Program-made: the position numbers and the translations under genes | Part shown: positions 26,523 to 40,500 of the stretch, piece after piece | How positions within the stretch are numbered: the first letter of the stretch is position 1 | Layout of the letters: each line of letters begins with the position of its first letter | The notes under the pieces: model-generated | What the model was told of the DNA's origin: nothing | Database searches by the model: none | Seen by the model: the letters and a program-made list of their open reading frames with translations, nothing else | From: Schmidtea polychroa | Lineage: Eukaryota | Reading direction: 5' to 3' | Assembly (NCBI GenBank): GCA_044892525.1 | Contig: CM097885.1 | Coordinates: forward strand, 24,306,001 to 24,370,000 | Length of the DNA stretch: 64,000 nt

Positions 26523-29310
26523 TCATTCCCGAATACCTTCTCCCTCGGCATTGACCAGTAGCTGGTCCAGGTTGAATACGAGATCCGTGTCCAAAACCCA
26601 GAGGAAATCTGTAGAGGAGGTTTGTAGGACAACTTCCGGTGGATTAATGTCCGTCACCAGGAAACTTAGGGCGGCTTCTTGTTTCGTCCGTTTCCGTTTA
26701 TTTCTCTCCGAGCGAGCACTCCTATGACTTTGGGATTGGTGGTGCACAGGTCCACCACAATCGGGTTGGTGATCAAGTTCGTCGATGGACCTGTTGGTGT
26801 ATCGACAGAATATGTTTTTTTGTTTTCACTTTTATTCCTGATTTTTATTTGATTTAATTTTCTGCATATGATTCCCGATGTAAATAATATTTTAAGCACT
26901 GTTTCTTCGTTTACGTCTCCTGCCACTAACCTCTCTGACTTCCTTTCCCATAAACTTTATCTTGTCCGTTATGTTTCTAATTAATGATGATTGTTTTGTC
27001 TCTGAAAAAATTCTAAAATTCATTGCTTTAACTAATTCTGTAATAATGGTTAAGTCCTTGCGATCGTCTACGTCTCTTGGACCTTCGTGGCTAGTACTGT
27101 TCGCGATTTCTCTTAGACGTTCCGCTGTTTTCCGATCGTTTGATTTCTCGATTATCTCTGAATTCCGACGTCTTCCTCTACCTCGTTTTGTAGTATCTGC
27201 ATTGTTGCTTGTTTCGCAATTTTCTCAATCGTCTCGTGTAAATTATCATATTGTCCAATGGTTGAAAAATTATTTCGTCCGCTCCTAGTGATTTCGCACT
27301 CCCTTTCGATGATATGTCCAACATTCGAAGCAATCTATCATAATCAGCCTCCTCGGTTACACTAAGCTCGACTGAGAATATTTGTGTTTCATTTTCAGGC
27401 CTCTCTTGTTTTTCAACTACTGCAGATATAATGTTATTTTCGATCACATTTACTCCATAATCTATCATATATTCCTCATTTATCATCTCGATTTCACTGA
27501 AGTATAGTTTTATTTTGTCATTCTCTCCTATTTTTTCAGGCCAATTACTTCTGGCCATTTGTCTCACTTTGCTCACATTTATACAAACGTGTATCCCCGT
27601 GTTGCACATCAGCGTCTTCGGGGGATCCTTGAACTCAAACGTTATTCTCAACGACTCATGTAGCTTCTGATTTTTTTTCACGAACTCACCATAACATTTT
27701 ATCATTTCTTTTAGTTCTATCTCTAACTTGAATACCCGCGCCATGTTTAGTCTCTTTACCATTTGCGGTATCAAATTTCTAAAGTATTCTAAATTAATTC
27801 CTTCGACTTGAATTTTGTCACTATTCTCAATGTTTCGTTATCATTGTAGGACCATTTCCCCAACGTCTCCTCAAATTCGTTTTTCAATTCCCTATGTATA
27901 TCTGCCTCTGCGAGAAGTTTCGCGTCTGCCTCTTGGGCTTTCTTCAGTTCCTCATCGTCGATGTCTACTTCGTCACCTCTAATTTTCGTTCAATAAGTCT
28001 CCCATATTGGAGTTTGAAATCTTTTAGTTCCTCCCGTAAATTGTTTATTTCATCGTTTGCTGCTACTAATTCAGCACCATTTATTTGTTTCACTTCGGGT
28101 TCGATTTTAAATCTTCCCCCCCTCCCTGGTGACTCATTTCGCGGCTTTGTACATACTTTAACTAAATGGCCATACCTCTGGCAATTAAAATTCACCTCCG
28201 ATCATTATTATACGGATTTATTCGACTTTGTCTATATGAATTTATTTTGTCTATTTCTCGGATTGTTCATATTGTCTCTATATGCAGAACGAATATTTAT
28301 ATTATTTTCAAAATGACTATTTCTAATGTTCTCAGCTCGATTATGGAGATGGTTTCTATTATATGCGAAACAATTGTCTCTATTATTTCTATTACAGTCA
28401 GAACGACTGTTAAAAGTATTTCGATTTCCGAAAATTCTGTTTATTGGACTTTCAAACCTTGCCCTGTTTTCACGTGATTGGATTCTACTAGTACTCGGAC
28501 TCGATTTTCGTCTATTTTTTACAAAATTCAGATATAGTTGCTTCATCTCCTCCCAAGGGATATTGTCATTTTTATTTTCCAACTCAGGCTTTTCCGCCTT
28601 TGGTTTTTTTATCTCAAGTGCATCTATCGCTAAACTAAATATATCCCTTTATATCGCTTCAATTCGCTTCGCTTTCTGATCTAGCTCATTTAGATTACCA
28701 TATTCTACCATAATCAAGGCTTTGTATAAATATCTTGGGATTCCGTTCCAAAATTGATCCTCAATAAACTTAAGTGTGTGCTCTCCCACACCAAATGCTT
28801 TCCTTGCTAACTCCGTTATAGTATACCCATATTCACCAACTGACTCTCTCGCAACTTGGTATCTAAATTTTTGCACATTATATTTTTGTAAGTCACTATC
28901 TATTACAATTTCCTCTCTTAAATTATGAACAAGGTTTACAAACGTATCTCCTCTACACTCTAAATTGTTATTAGACTGTAATGCATACCTCTTAAATATA
29001 ATGCTATTCGTTTTTTTAACTCATCTTGAGTCCAGCCGCAAGCTTCTGCGCATTGAACAATTTTGTTGACGAAGTTATCGAATCTTTCGGGTCTACTGAG
29101 ACTATTCCTTATTTAGTTTTTTTAAATGTGTTTGACTAATTAGGATCTGGTGTGTTTCTGATCAGATTAAATGATAGTTTTTTAAGAGGTGATTTTAAGA
29201 GGTGAATGAGGATTAGATAATGAAATTCGAGTGATTTTCTTATGTAAATTCGAGAAACCTTTGATTAAACCCCAGTGACTGATGAGAATTCTTAATGCTG
29301 GATATATGCC
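26523..29310 (-). mobile_element. Ty3/Gypsy-related gag element lacking recognisable pol (degenerate)
   Basis: Capsid motifs GWTQDELKKRIALYLRGYALQ and QVARESVGEYGYTITELARKAF...DQFWNGIP; N/R-rich linker; eroded zinc knuckle NCQRYGHLVKVC. It then continues into a long C-terminal region with no protease, RT or integrase motifs. Confidence 0.72.
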
Positions 29311-29989
29311 AACAATAATTTATAATTTAAATTTCATTTTTCAGTTGTCTTAACCTTTGTTTAAACTGCTTTAATTTTGCAGATTTTATAATCCGGCCCT
29401 TTGAAAAATCTCGGATGCAATTTTTTAAATCTTTTTCATGCGATTTTGTTGAAATCAACAGTATTAGTGTGCGTAGTGTACATATAAATAATGAAAAATA
29501 TAAATAATAGACAGGATTATAATTTTGAACAGCCGTAACCATACTACTTTAATGTATGTAACACACTTTCACAAAACGCGTGGTTGGCTGACCACATAAA
29601 ATTGAACGGGTACTCCTCTTAATCTTCAAGGGATGACAGGTCACATCACGCGTACTGTTTATTTTGATTTAGCACTGGTCACATACTAGTCGTCATTTCA
29701 TTTTAAATCGCGTTTCGCATTAACTATAAGTATTCTATTTTAACTTTTGATGTTTGTCTTTTCTTTTTAAAATTCTATTTACCATTATATTTACAAAATG
29801 CAATATAAACAAAAAAATGTAATAACTATGCATCAATATTAAATATTTTGTATCGTTAAGATATAAATAACTAACAAAATAAAATCTGTCATTAACTGTT
29901 TTATTTAATAATCATTAATTTAATATAATGCATCATATTTCTTTAAAAATTACGTGACATATTTTACTGGCACAAATTGTTCGCATGTA

Positions 29990-30101
29990 CAACCAAGTAA
30001 GACAATTTCTTGGGCAGGAAAAAACACCCAAAATATTCGCGTGCACAGACATTTTGAAAATTTCATTTTGGCCCGCGCTTAAAAGTATTTGCCCACCCCT
30101 G
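29990..30101. mobile_element. hAT (Buster/Charlie-like) right terminus
   Basis: TTTGGCCCGCG...TTTGCCCACCCCTG (reverse complement CAGGGGTGGGCAAA). The left end was not located. Confidence 0.55.
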
Positions 30102-31096
30102 GTGTAAACCATTTAAAAATTATTTTGTAAAATTAAAAAATGTAAAAAATTGCGCCAGTATCCAGTTAATATGTACCAGTAACGTTGTTGTTTATATTAT
30201 GTTATTTTGTATAACACAAATTTTTATCTTTTTTTCGAATTTCTTATTTTTGTGTTTGTTAATATTTTGTAAAGAATAAAAAAAATAAAAAAACTTACAA
30301 GGAAAACAATAGTTTGTATAAAAAAGGTGATCTCCGAAATTCGCGGACTATTTTTTGCTTTCACCATGCATTCCGTTACTTCTTATTGTACCAATACTTC
30401 ACTGTAGCACACCGAATTTTACCCTAGTCCTGGGCTCAAAAATACATTCCCATGACTTTGTTATATTTTAATTTTTTTGTAATTTTAAATTTTTATATAA
30501 TCACTTTTATATCAAATAATTTTTTTTATATCAAATTAAAACCGAAATAAAAATGAATACTGTAATACTTTTCTAATTTTTTATAATAAAATTTTAAATG
30601 TACAAAATATCTGATAGCCAATATTCATTTTTATTCTACACATTTAAATATATGATTGCGATAAGCAAAAACTCACAGAAATGAAAATATTATGAATCGA
30701 CAAGTAAAATGTTCTATTATCTTTTTATTTTCATTTAACTTTTCGGTAGCGTTTTTAACCTTGTAAAATTATAATTTTAAACAAAATTCATCAAAGTCTT
30801 ATTAAGTTAAAAATTACTTAAGGATGTTACAATAAAAATTTAATTAAAAAGAGATTTATGTTTTTATAAATTTAAATGCCAACTGATTTCCTAATGATGT
30901 TTTAGCATAAATTTTAAAATTTAATAAACTTTGCGTATTTTAATCATATGTGTAAGTGAATGTGATGTTTTAGTTACATAAAATCATTTGTGTAACTTTT
31001 CATAAAATTATGATCTAATTTAATTCAAAAATTACAAGAAAATCAATAAATATTTAAAAGTTTGTTTAAATATTTTTTAACATCAAATTTTTTCCC

Positions 31097-32941
31097 ATGA
31101 ATACTTCCAATAAAAAACGAATATCCGTGCGATTTGATGAAAATACTATTTCAAGGTGATTTAATTTAAAATATTTCTATTTAATTTTTTTTCAAATTCA
31201 GTCGCAGAGAGGAATCAAATAAAATACACAATGTGAAAACGAACAGGTAAGGATTTTTCATATTTTCATTATAATTATTTTTGTTTAGAAAATCTACTGA
31301 CATTTTGAGAAATCGCTTGAAAAGTGAATTTAAAAAAACTGTAAGAAATGCTAATAAAAATAATTACAAAGGCGACCGGTAAATTTTGTCTTTAAATTAT
31401 TAACTCTTACTTTTTAATAGGTTTTTTGCACATAGAGGTGCAATGAATTTTGACAAAGTTTACAATTCTCATATGTCTGATTTGGTATGTTTAGCTCACA
31501 CCGATGTAAATAGTTTAGATATAAGCGTGACAAAAAAACGTTCCAGAAAAATAAAATACAATTTAAATCAAAAGTCTCCCTCAAATCTTCAAAAGGTGGA
31601 TAATTTCATTAAAAGTGAAAATTCTAAATTTATGAAACTTAATAGAATTATTCCCACGGTAATATATATGATTTTTTATTTTCTAAAAATATCTTTCAAA
31701 GGTTCCAGAAAAAGTACTGGTGGTATTGAATGAGATTAGTGAAAATGAGGATAGTATATATGAGGATAGTGAAAACATAGTTGAACACATACAAACTTGT
31801 TGGCTTGAAAATGGTCTTTTAGCTATTGGACTTGATCATCGAGTATTTTTATGGAATGAGATATCGAATTGTTCCAGCAAAATACACCACTACACTAAAA
31901 GTTCTGGCAAACACATCTGTTCGTTAACTTGGGTTGGGTATGATGACACTAGAAATATCCCAAAGTTGGCAATAGGAAATAACGTTGGGGAATTGGAAAT
32001 AGTGGAAATAGATGAATTTTTTAAAGTTAGTGACACTTCAGTGGTATGTGAGAAAACTATCACACATAAAATCGTCATGAAAGACAATACTCTGATCTCG
32101 GCATTAGCATTTGCAAACAATATATTAACTATTGGATTGGAATCCGGCATTATCCAACATCATTCATTAGAATCGTTCTCCACTTCATTATCGAAAAACA
32201 AATATCATACAGAAGTCAGTGGAATATTACAAATTTTGATATTAATATTTGTAAAATAGGAAATTCATAAAATGGTCTGGTCGGTGGATAAAATCCATTT
32301 GGCAGTAATTTCGAAAGGTGGTATTTTAACCGTTTGGGATTCTAACTACCTCAATAAGAAACCGGTGATAAAATTGCACGATAAGAATGAAAGAATTAAT
32401 GATATTTCATGGAATCCCAAAAATTCGAAGCAATTAGTATATTGCAGTGGGAAAAACGATTGCCAACTGAAGATAATTGATGTAAAGTTAAAGCAATTTA
32501 TAAAATCAGTTAATACAGATCAAAGAGTAAATTTTATCAATTATAATATTGATTATAATTCAATATTATTTATTAATATAGTTGAGGTTTATATATTGGA
32601 GCAAGGTTGAGAATGAAATCATTTGCGTTGCCAAACCACAGATACCTAATCCTATCACAGATGAGTCTATTCATGAGGATTTGGATTATTCTAAAATTAT
32701 TCTTTTTAATCAGAAAACTCTTATGAAAATTTCAGAAATAAAATGTATGTCTAGATTTGAACATTTATATTGTGTTTTAAAAATATTTAATATAGGTAAC
32801 GAAAATCAGTACGGATTGACTAGCAATGGTAATGGAGATCAGGTTGTCACAGTTGGAAGACATGGTGAAATTAGAGTTTGGAAATTATTTCCTATCAAGA
32901 AATCACAACCAATGATGGATTTTTATTCGAATTTGAGATAA
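31097..32941 (+). CDS. CDC20: Divergent CDC20/Fizzy-family APC/C activator (WD40), paralog B, compact 8-exon gene
   Basis: GDR|FFAHRGAMNFD C-box variant split by an intron at the same site as in paralog A; PEKVLVVL; LLAIGLDHRVFLWN; WD40 repeats; VVTVGRHGEIRVWKLF; C-terminal ...FYSNLR*. Introns are ~40-55 nt. Confidence 0.82.
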
Positions 32942-34523
32942 TCTATAATATTTTTTCAATACATTCTATATTGCTTTTCTATTTATTTTAAATCCAATCG
33001 TTCTATCTAACCAATGAAATCATATCAATCCATTTCAAAATTTCTATTGGTAATTATAAACAGCCAATCAGAAAGAATTCTTAAATAACATCCAAGTCAT
33101 CATACCAAATTAAAAAATGATATTTTAATTTGATCAAATTGGCATCAATTTGGAGAACCAGTATTTTCGCGCGTCCAACTGTATGTGGCATTATCACGAT
33201 TAAGAAAATTAATCGTTACGATGAGCTCAATGCAAAAAATTAATTTTTCGCATTTTTTTGTGAGAATTCAACTTAAAATAAATGAAAAATGTAAGCCTTA
33301 AAAACAACTCTTTGCTATTTGTGATTATTTGTTATTGTTAAACAGTAATACACCTAATTCCGAAATTTAGTAACTTCTATAATCTAAAAAAAAATCTATA
33401 AATTTATAGTATAGGAACACACAAACTTACCTGTGTATAGAAATTATTGTTCCAAAATTTAATAACTTTATAGGATTTCTGAAGGTGAGAGAAAAATAAT
33501 TGAACACACCAACACAAAACACAATGAAAAATGCATGCAAATTTATTATAGCTTTTTTTGTTCCGAAATAAATAACGATTAACATATTGTTAACATATAA
33601 TTATTTTGAAATTATTAAAAAGTTTTGTAGGAAAATACTTTTAATTTAGAATCCGACAGCTCTAGCTTGAGCTTCAGAGAAAAAGAAGAAAATACATCTT
33701 AAAATTCAATTATAAAATAATTTAAAATATAAACTCTTTAGATTTACAGATATTTCTCAGGATACATTGCCTTTTCGCGAAGGTGGAAATGTAAGATTTA
33801 TTCATTAAATTACAAAACATTAAAAATTGCAGAAAGTAATTCACAATTCGTAAATTTAAATAAATTATTTCATTATAAAATTCAGCCTTTCCTTCTTTCC
33901 TAATTGTATTAAAAAATAAATGTCTTCGGTGATTAATTTACTTATAATCAAAAATATATCTAACTTACATTTTATTGAAATAATTCCAAATAAATTCAAA
34001 ATGTCAAAATTCCTAAAAAAACCTGAAATTTATTTAACAATATGTTATATTATAAATGCTGGTTAACAGTAATATTTAAGAACTTGAATAATAATCTCAT
34101 AATTATATAAAATCAAAATTCAAGTCTTAAAGTTACCTGAAATTAAAAAATTTAAAAAATCATTTTTAAAAAATTGAATAATTGAAATTGAGTAACTTTA
34201 TTTACACTCACCTCAACTTGTGTACACACCAACGTGAATTATAGACGTTACTAAATTTCGGAATTGGGTGTAGCAAAGAAGATTATTGATTGACCAGAGA
34301 CAATTCACACATTATGTTTGTGTTTCAAGAGTATCTTCATTAAATTTGCTTATTATTAGATAGAATCGAATTTTTAATAAATATTTCATATATATTAAAT
34401 TAAAGTATTTATTATTTTTCAACGGTTGCCTTTTAACAAACTGGTTTTTATTTTAAGATAAACAATATATATTTATGAAAACAGACAAACACGAATATAA
34501 TACACAATAAAATTAAAATTTAT

Positions 34524-37500
34524 CTATTTTCCAAAATTGTTAACTGATTTTTCTAAGGTTTTAGCAAACCTTTCCAAAAAGCTAGCGGTGGAATTCAATT
34601 GGTTTATTAGGTCGTTGAGATTGAAATTACAATCGCTATTGACGATATTCTGAAATAATATAAAAAAATACAGGAAAAAAATTAATTTTACCCTAACAAT
34701 TTCCGAAACATTCTTGATGACATCTTCCGATAAATTTTGTTCGATCACGTCTTTCGGTTTTTTATTTGGTTCAGAGATATTTGCACTGGAATTGTTATGC
34801 AACGGTAAAAGCAAGGGTAACGCATTTACATTGCCTATATTTTTAGTGGTACCAATGGGACCATTGGGCTTCAGATTTGAATACATAGACACTGGAAGTA
34901 AGGCTGGAAGGGTATTTGTAATGTTCAAAATTTGTTGTTGATTATTTGAAACGGGCATCGAAGACACGATTGAAGTTTCCAAATGACTCTGTGAAATCTT
35001 ACCATTTTGAGATAATTTAAATCTTTCTGATTCCTAGCGAAAAATACATTAGTTTTAGATATTGAATTATCATAGGGATTTTGGCAGCCATTTCAAGTTA
35101 ACAGGATTAAATCTAAGGAACAGAAAAAATCCTTGTCAAAATCATTTCTTAGTACAGTAGAGAATACTTCATGAAAATTTGTAAATCATTTGCGATATGT
35201 AAAGCTCTGGGGTTTATAAATGGTTAACTAAAATTTTATTATGGGCAAGATAAATGTCACTTTTTGCATACGCTAAATAAAATGATTGAAAATCATAGAT
35301 ATTAGGTGTAATAATTGTAAGTTTATATTGTTATTCTCTATATGATATCTAAACAAGGTAACCCCTATAAAGGTACTATTCAAACAAGTAGAAATTTTCT
35401 TTGTCTGAATGCTTAATGTGGATTTTTATAAAAAAATGGTTTAGTTTAGTTGAGGGTTTGTTGCGAAAGAATTAAGTTTTGCTAATAATTTTTAATATTA
35501 TTCAACTAATATTATTTATAAAAAATATATTTTTGCAATATGTTTCAACCTCTCGAGTGTAATCGTTAAACAACTTATATAAAACAATTATACTTAGATT
35601 TATTAGATATTAACTATATGTGAAAAGAATACAAAAACATTTAGGAATCCTATTAAAATTAATTAAACACTTGTTCGGGCACCTTATTAATTAAATTTAT
35701 TTAAGAATTTATTGAAGGTACCTCATAATCTTAATTGTCAAAATTTAGATTTTAATTGGGATGTTTTGAAAACATTTGGAGAAGTTACTAAAATTTTACA
35801 TTAATGGGTCAATTATTATCTTAAATTCCCAAGAGCCTCAAGATAAGCTGGCGAATTCACTGTCAGCTGGCTTAAAATTTATTCTGTGCCGATCAATTTA
35901 ACAATCCTAAAATAAGATTTAGAAATATTTTCATTTGATTTTTTTTTTTGACAAAAAAAGTTTTTAATTTGGGTTATTTGTGTTAAGTTAGTGTGAATTG
36001 TTTAACAAGCTTGTGGTGATTTTTAAAAATGGAATTAAATAAAGAATTATGGAGTTGTTTCATTTCGAAATTCAGATCTATTTCAATTTTAATTGAATCT
36101 TGGAATATGGGGAACGACCAAAGCAATACTGAAAAAGCTCGATGTTAATACATTTTTGGGTTAAATGATTTTATCATTAACGCGTCAGAATTAATGAATT
36201 TCCAATAGTTTTTGAGACATATTTTTAAATGCCTATTTTCAATTTGTATATCTTCTACTCAGATGACTGACAGTCACACACACGCAAAATCACTTGAGGA
36301 ATTCGCGAATATAAAAAAAACATCGATATTATTACTGATTCATAGTCAAGCTTTTTAATTAATACTATATATATTTACATTGACTACATTCTTTAGTTTT
36401 CTCTACAGGTTGAGGTTCAGGCTTAGGTAAAACGTGAATTTCCCTCAAATGTCTTAGAAGATTGTCTTACAAACATGGCACAAATATTACAGTTACATCT
36501 TTTGGTTTGTGTCCTAAAAATATTATTTGAATATAAAAATGTCTTCCTTTTGTAAATATTTCTGAAATAGTTTGCTGGCTTATCAAATTCCCCATATCAT
36601 CTAAAATTACTAAAACTCTTGAAATCTTTGGCTTGGAATTCTTCCATCTTTTCTAATGAAAGTAAATCTTCTACATTTAGAAATCCATCCCATTCTTTAA
36701 GAGCTCAACAACATATAGGAACATCCTCGATAGGATAACTATTATTCCTTATGTAATTTTTAGAAAAGTAGTTTTTACACTTTCTGTTACTCCATAAATT
36801 ATAAAATTATTATTTATTTTATTTATTTCTTTATTTTTATTCTCATCTAGATTTACGGAACCCGTCAATTTGACGAATTCAATTTTTAAAATTAAAAATA
36901 CAAGAGAAATATTATTTTTTTCAATTTTTTTTATATTGGTTATTAATGATACAATGATACGCGAATATATCACTATCCTGTTTTGTCGCCCTTTTAGTTT
37001 AGCGGAAATATTTCAGTAAAAATAGATATACATTTAATGTCAGTAAATCTAGTGTTAATAAACCCTGGAAATTGTATAGGCTCTTTAACATTTTGTTTTA
37101 TAATATTAATAGATAGGGTAATGAAAATGTCAAAATAATATAATGAATAAAATCCTAAACCAGGGATATTCAACTGGCGGCCCGCGGGCCGGATCAGGCC
37201 CGCCGAAATTAGAAAAAGGCCCTTTCAATATCTTGGAATATTACACATATATAAAAATATTTGGTGATATCTGCATAAATTAAAAGAAAAAATGGCAATA
37301 AAGTTATTAATTTAAAATGCGCCAGGAAAATACATAATAATATAAAAATAAATGGTAAACATTATAATACTTGGTAATAGAATAACAATCACTAAAACCA
37401 GTTTATTTTTGTTACTTTGTAATCCGCTACAAAATTAACTACTTTTTAATTGATACGGCCCTCGATTGCCGTTATAAGAAAAATTTGGCCCTTCATAATA

Positions 37501-40500
37501 TTTAGTTGAAAACCCATGTCCTAAACCAACCTCAATCAAACAAAGTCCTAGTATTATAAAATTATCACTTAATACAGATTTTACTTGTGTAAAAATAATA
37601 ATTTATGAATTTTTTTAAGTTATTAAAATATTATAAATTCAAATGAAAATATTACTTTTTTAATAATATCTATCGTTTCCTTTTCGTTGTTATATATTTG
37701 ATGCATTAACCGATTTCCAGGCCCAGAACTCAAATAGGCAGCCGTATTTTTCATTAGGATTCGTCCATTGTTTTTCTTTGAATTTCTTCGGCAAGCTTTC
37801 AAATAGCTTCTCACTTTGCTGCGATGCTTTGATTCTTCATACTCCGGAAATTGCCGGACAAGAATCGTATTAATTAAATTTAACAGTTCTTTTGGTTGGT
37901 GAGAAAATATAACATTTCTATCAAGTGCCTCATCAATGATTCTTCGAAGTAAAAGCTTGAAATAAAAAAAAACACTTAATAAAGGCTGTGATACAAATTT
38001 GTATATATATATATATATATATATATTGAATTTAGTGATATTGAAGGATATGGAGGATGTGAAATTACACTGATCATGGGACCTTACATAGGCCAGTAGT
38101 GGTAAAGCATAATTTCATAGCTGATTTCATTAATTTATTATAATTCTAATTGTCTTATTTTCAATAAAACCTTATTATAAATCAGTTTACCTTTAATAGA
38201 ATAAAAGTCTTTCCACTTTGATAAAAATACAGTAACTTAAATATTTGATATGTGAGTTTTTAACTATTAATATAATCTTTGGATATAATTGTCTTAATCA
38301 TAGGCGTAACTGGGTTTTCGACGCCCTTGGCTAATTTATCTTTGGCGCCCTTTCAATTATTAGAAAAAAATAATTTCTATAAAATAATAATTATAAAAAA
38401 CTTCCTGAATACTCTAACTTATCCATTTTTCTATAAAAAGGCATAATTGGGCTGTCTTTCATTTAATTTATTGTATTTACATTTTGAAGCATTCGGTCTC
38501 CTGAGGCCTTATATCCTTTCTATTATGATTTCAAAGTGATCTCATTCCTGTATTACATTTTTTTAAATTTTACATATTAAATTTTTACATATTTTATAAA
38601 CAAAAGGATAGATACTATTAATTGTTTATTGGAATAAAATGTGCCACACTTAAAAAATTATTGGTGTGAGGAAGGTGTTCAACGACAATATAATCTCGCT
38701 CCAGGAAAGACTGTTGAACATGCATTTTGGCTTGGTATTTTGAAGTTTGACATAATACTAATTGAACTTAGCGTTGGGTTCACTTCTTTCAGCTTGCCCA
38801 GTATTCTTTTATAACTTTCTTTGGATTTACCAAGAAGTAGGCATACTCGAGCGGTACAGCAGATTCATAAATCAGCGCGTGAATCGTAAAAACTCGCAAA
38901 CAAATAGTAGGCACAACTTTAAACATTCCATCTTTAAACCAGTACTTATGTTCTTGAAGAAGGTCAATATTCAATTTAGTCCCAAACATCAAAATCGCTG
39001 AGTACGAGATCGGTGACCGTAAGGATGGTGATTTAAGATAACGAATACATTTTTCTCAATCACTACCATAGTTTCCGCACTTTTCAGAATTGAGACGTTG
39101 TCTTGAAGGAGCTGTGAAGGAAGCCCATCAGACATTTTGTGATTACGCTTGCATGTATTCATGAGGTTGCTGTAGTAGGTTGAATTAATTTGTAAGTCAT
39201 TTTCAGTGAAATCCGTACATATTATGCCACTTTGATCCCAAAGATTTGTTGGAGTATTAATCAATAAAATCGATTAGTTTCTGACTGTTCGTCCCTTTTA
39301 TAAATCAAATAACTAAGACTCAAATCCAAAATATTTATTGATTATCAATTTAATTTAGAACTCACCAGTAATTTCAACTTCTCTTTCAGTAATTTATTCT
39401 GATTTAGCGTTATTGGAGACAGCACAATGGGTAGTCACCTTGTCTGGAACGTTAAACTGATTTAGAATTATAACAAAAAGTTTGTTTCTTTCATTTACTT
39501 CTACTTGATTAATTATTAGACTTGATTAAATAATTCCCTTAGTTCTTTTTATTCGACCGAATGACAATGTGCTTTTCAATCACTCTCTTTTTATACCCTA
39601 TCTTTGAAAACAATTTAATTATTGTTCATCCAGTATTCCTGAAATTCTGTCTAATTGCCTCCATAACAAGCAAATTGTTCAAAATATAAATATAAGCATT
39701 ACATAATAGTTTTCTTAAAAAAATATTTATTTGAAATTGTAATGTACATTTAATACATCGATGTAATGTACATCGAATAATGTATTTAATGAAAAAGGCT
39801 TAAATTATTACGTTATTGTTTTAAATAATAAATGTTGCTATCAAGGAATAATCACTTTATACTAAATGAAATATTAACACAATTAAATGCAAAGATGATA
39901 CTAATAGAGGATAAAACCTATATAGAGAAGACTTTTGGTTATCCTGACTTTATACAAATAGGATAAAATTAATATTTTGTTTTTTTTTACAATTTCAAAT
40001 AAATATTTTTTTAAGAAAACTATTGTAATACATAATATGTATTTATTAATATATTTATAGTTAATTTAAATTTTATATTAAATTTATAATATCATATATT
40101 AAATCTGCGTTTTTCAATCTTTACTTTCACTGTACCACCAGGTAAAATAAATTGAATGTTCGTGTAAAGCCGCAAAGCTAAACAAAAATTAACAGGCTAG
40201 CAATAAGTTTCATTGCAATTTCAGAAGGAGAGGATAAAAAATATTCGAAATATTGTAAAAGTTTTAAATTTTAAGATTTTCAATTTATAAATAAATCGAC
40301 ACCTGGCGTACCACCGGTTGAAAATTGCTGCATTAATTAGTCTTTTTATGATTGTTATATGTTGGCATCGGTCAGAATATGAAAACACATTATTTAATTC
40401 TCCAAGTTTTAGTTTGCAGTTTCCTTTAATCAAAGGCGTCTTTAGAAATTTGTCGCCCCTGTGCTATAAACTATAATGCGCCCCTAAAAAAACAATTTTT

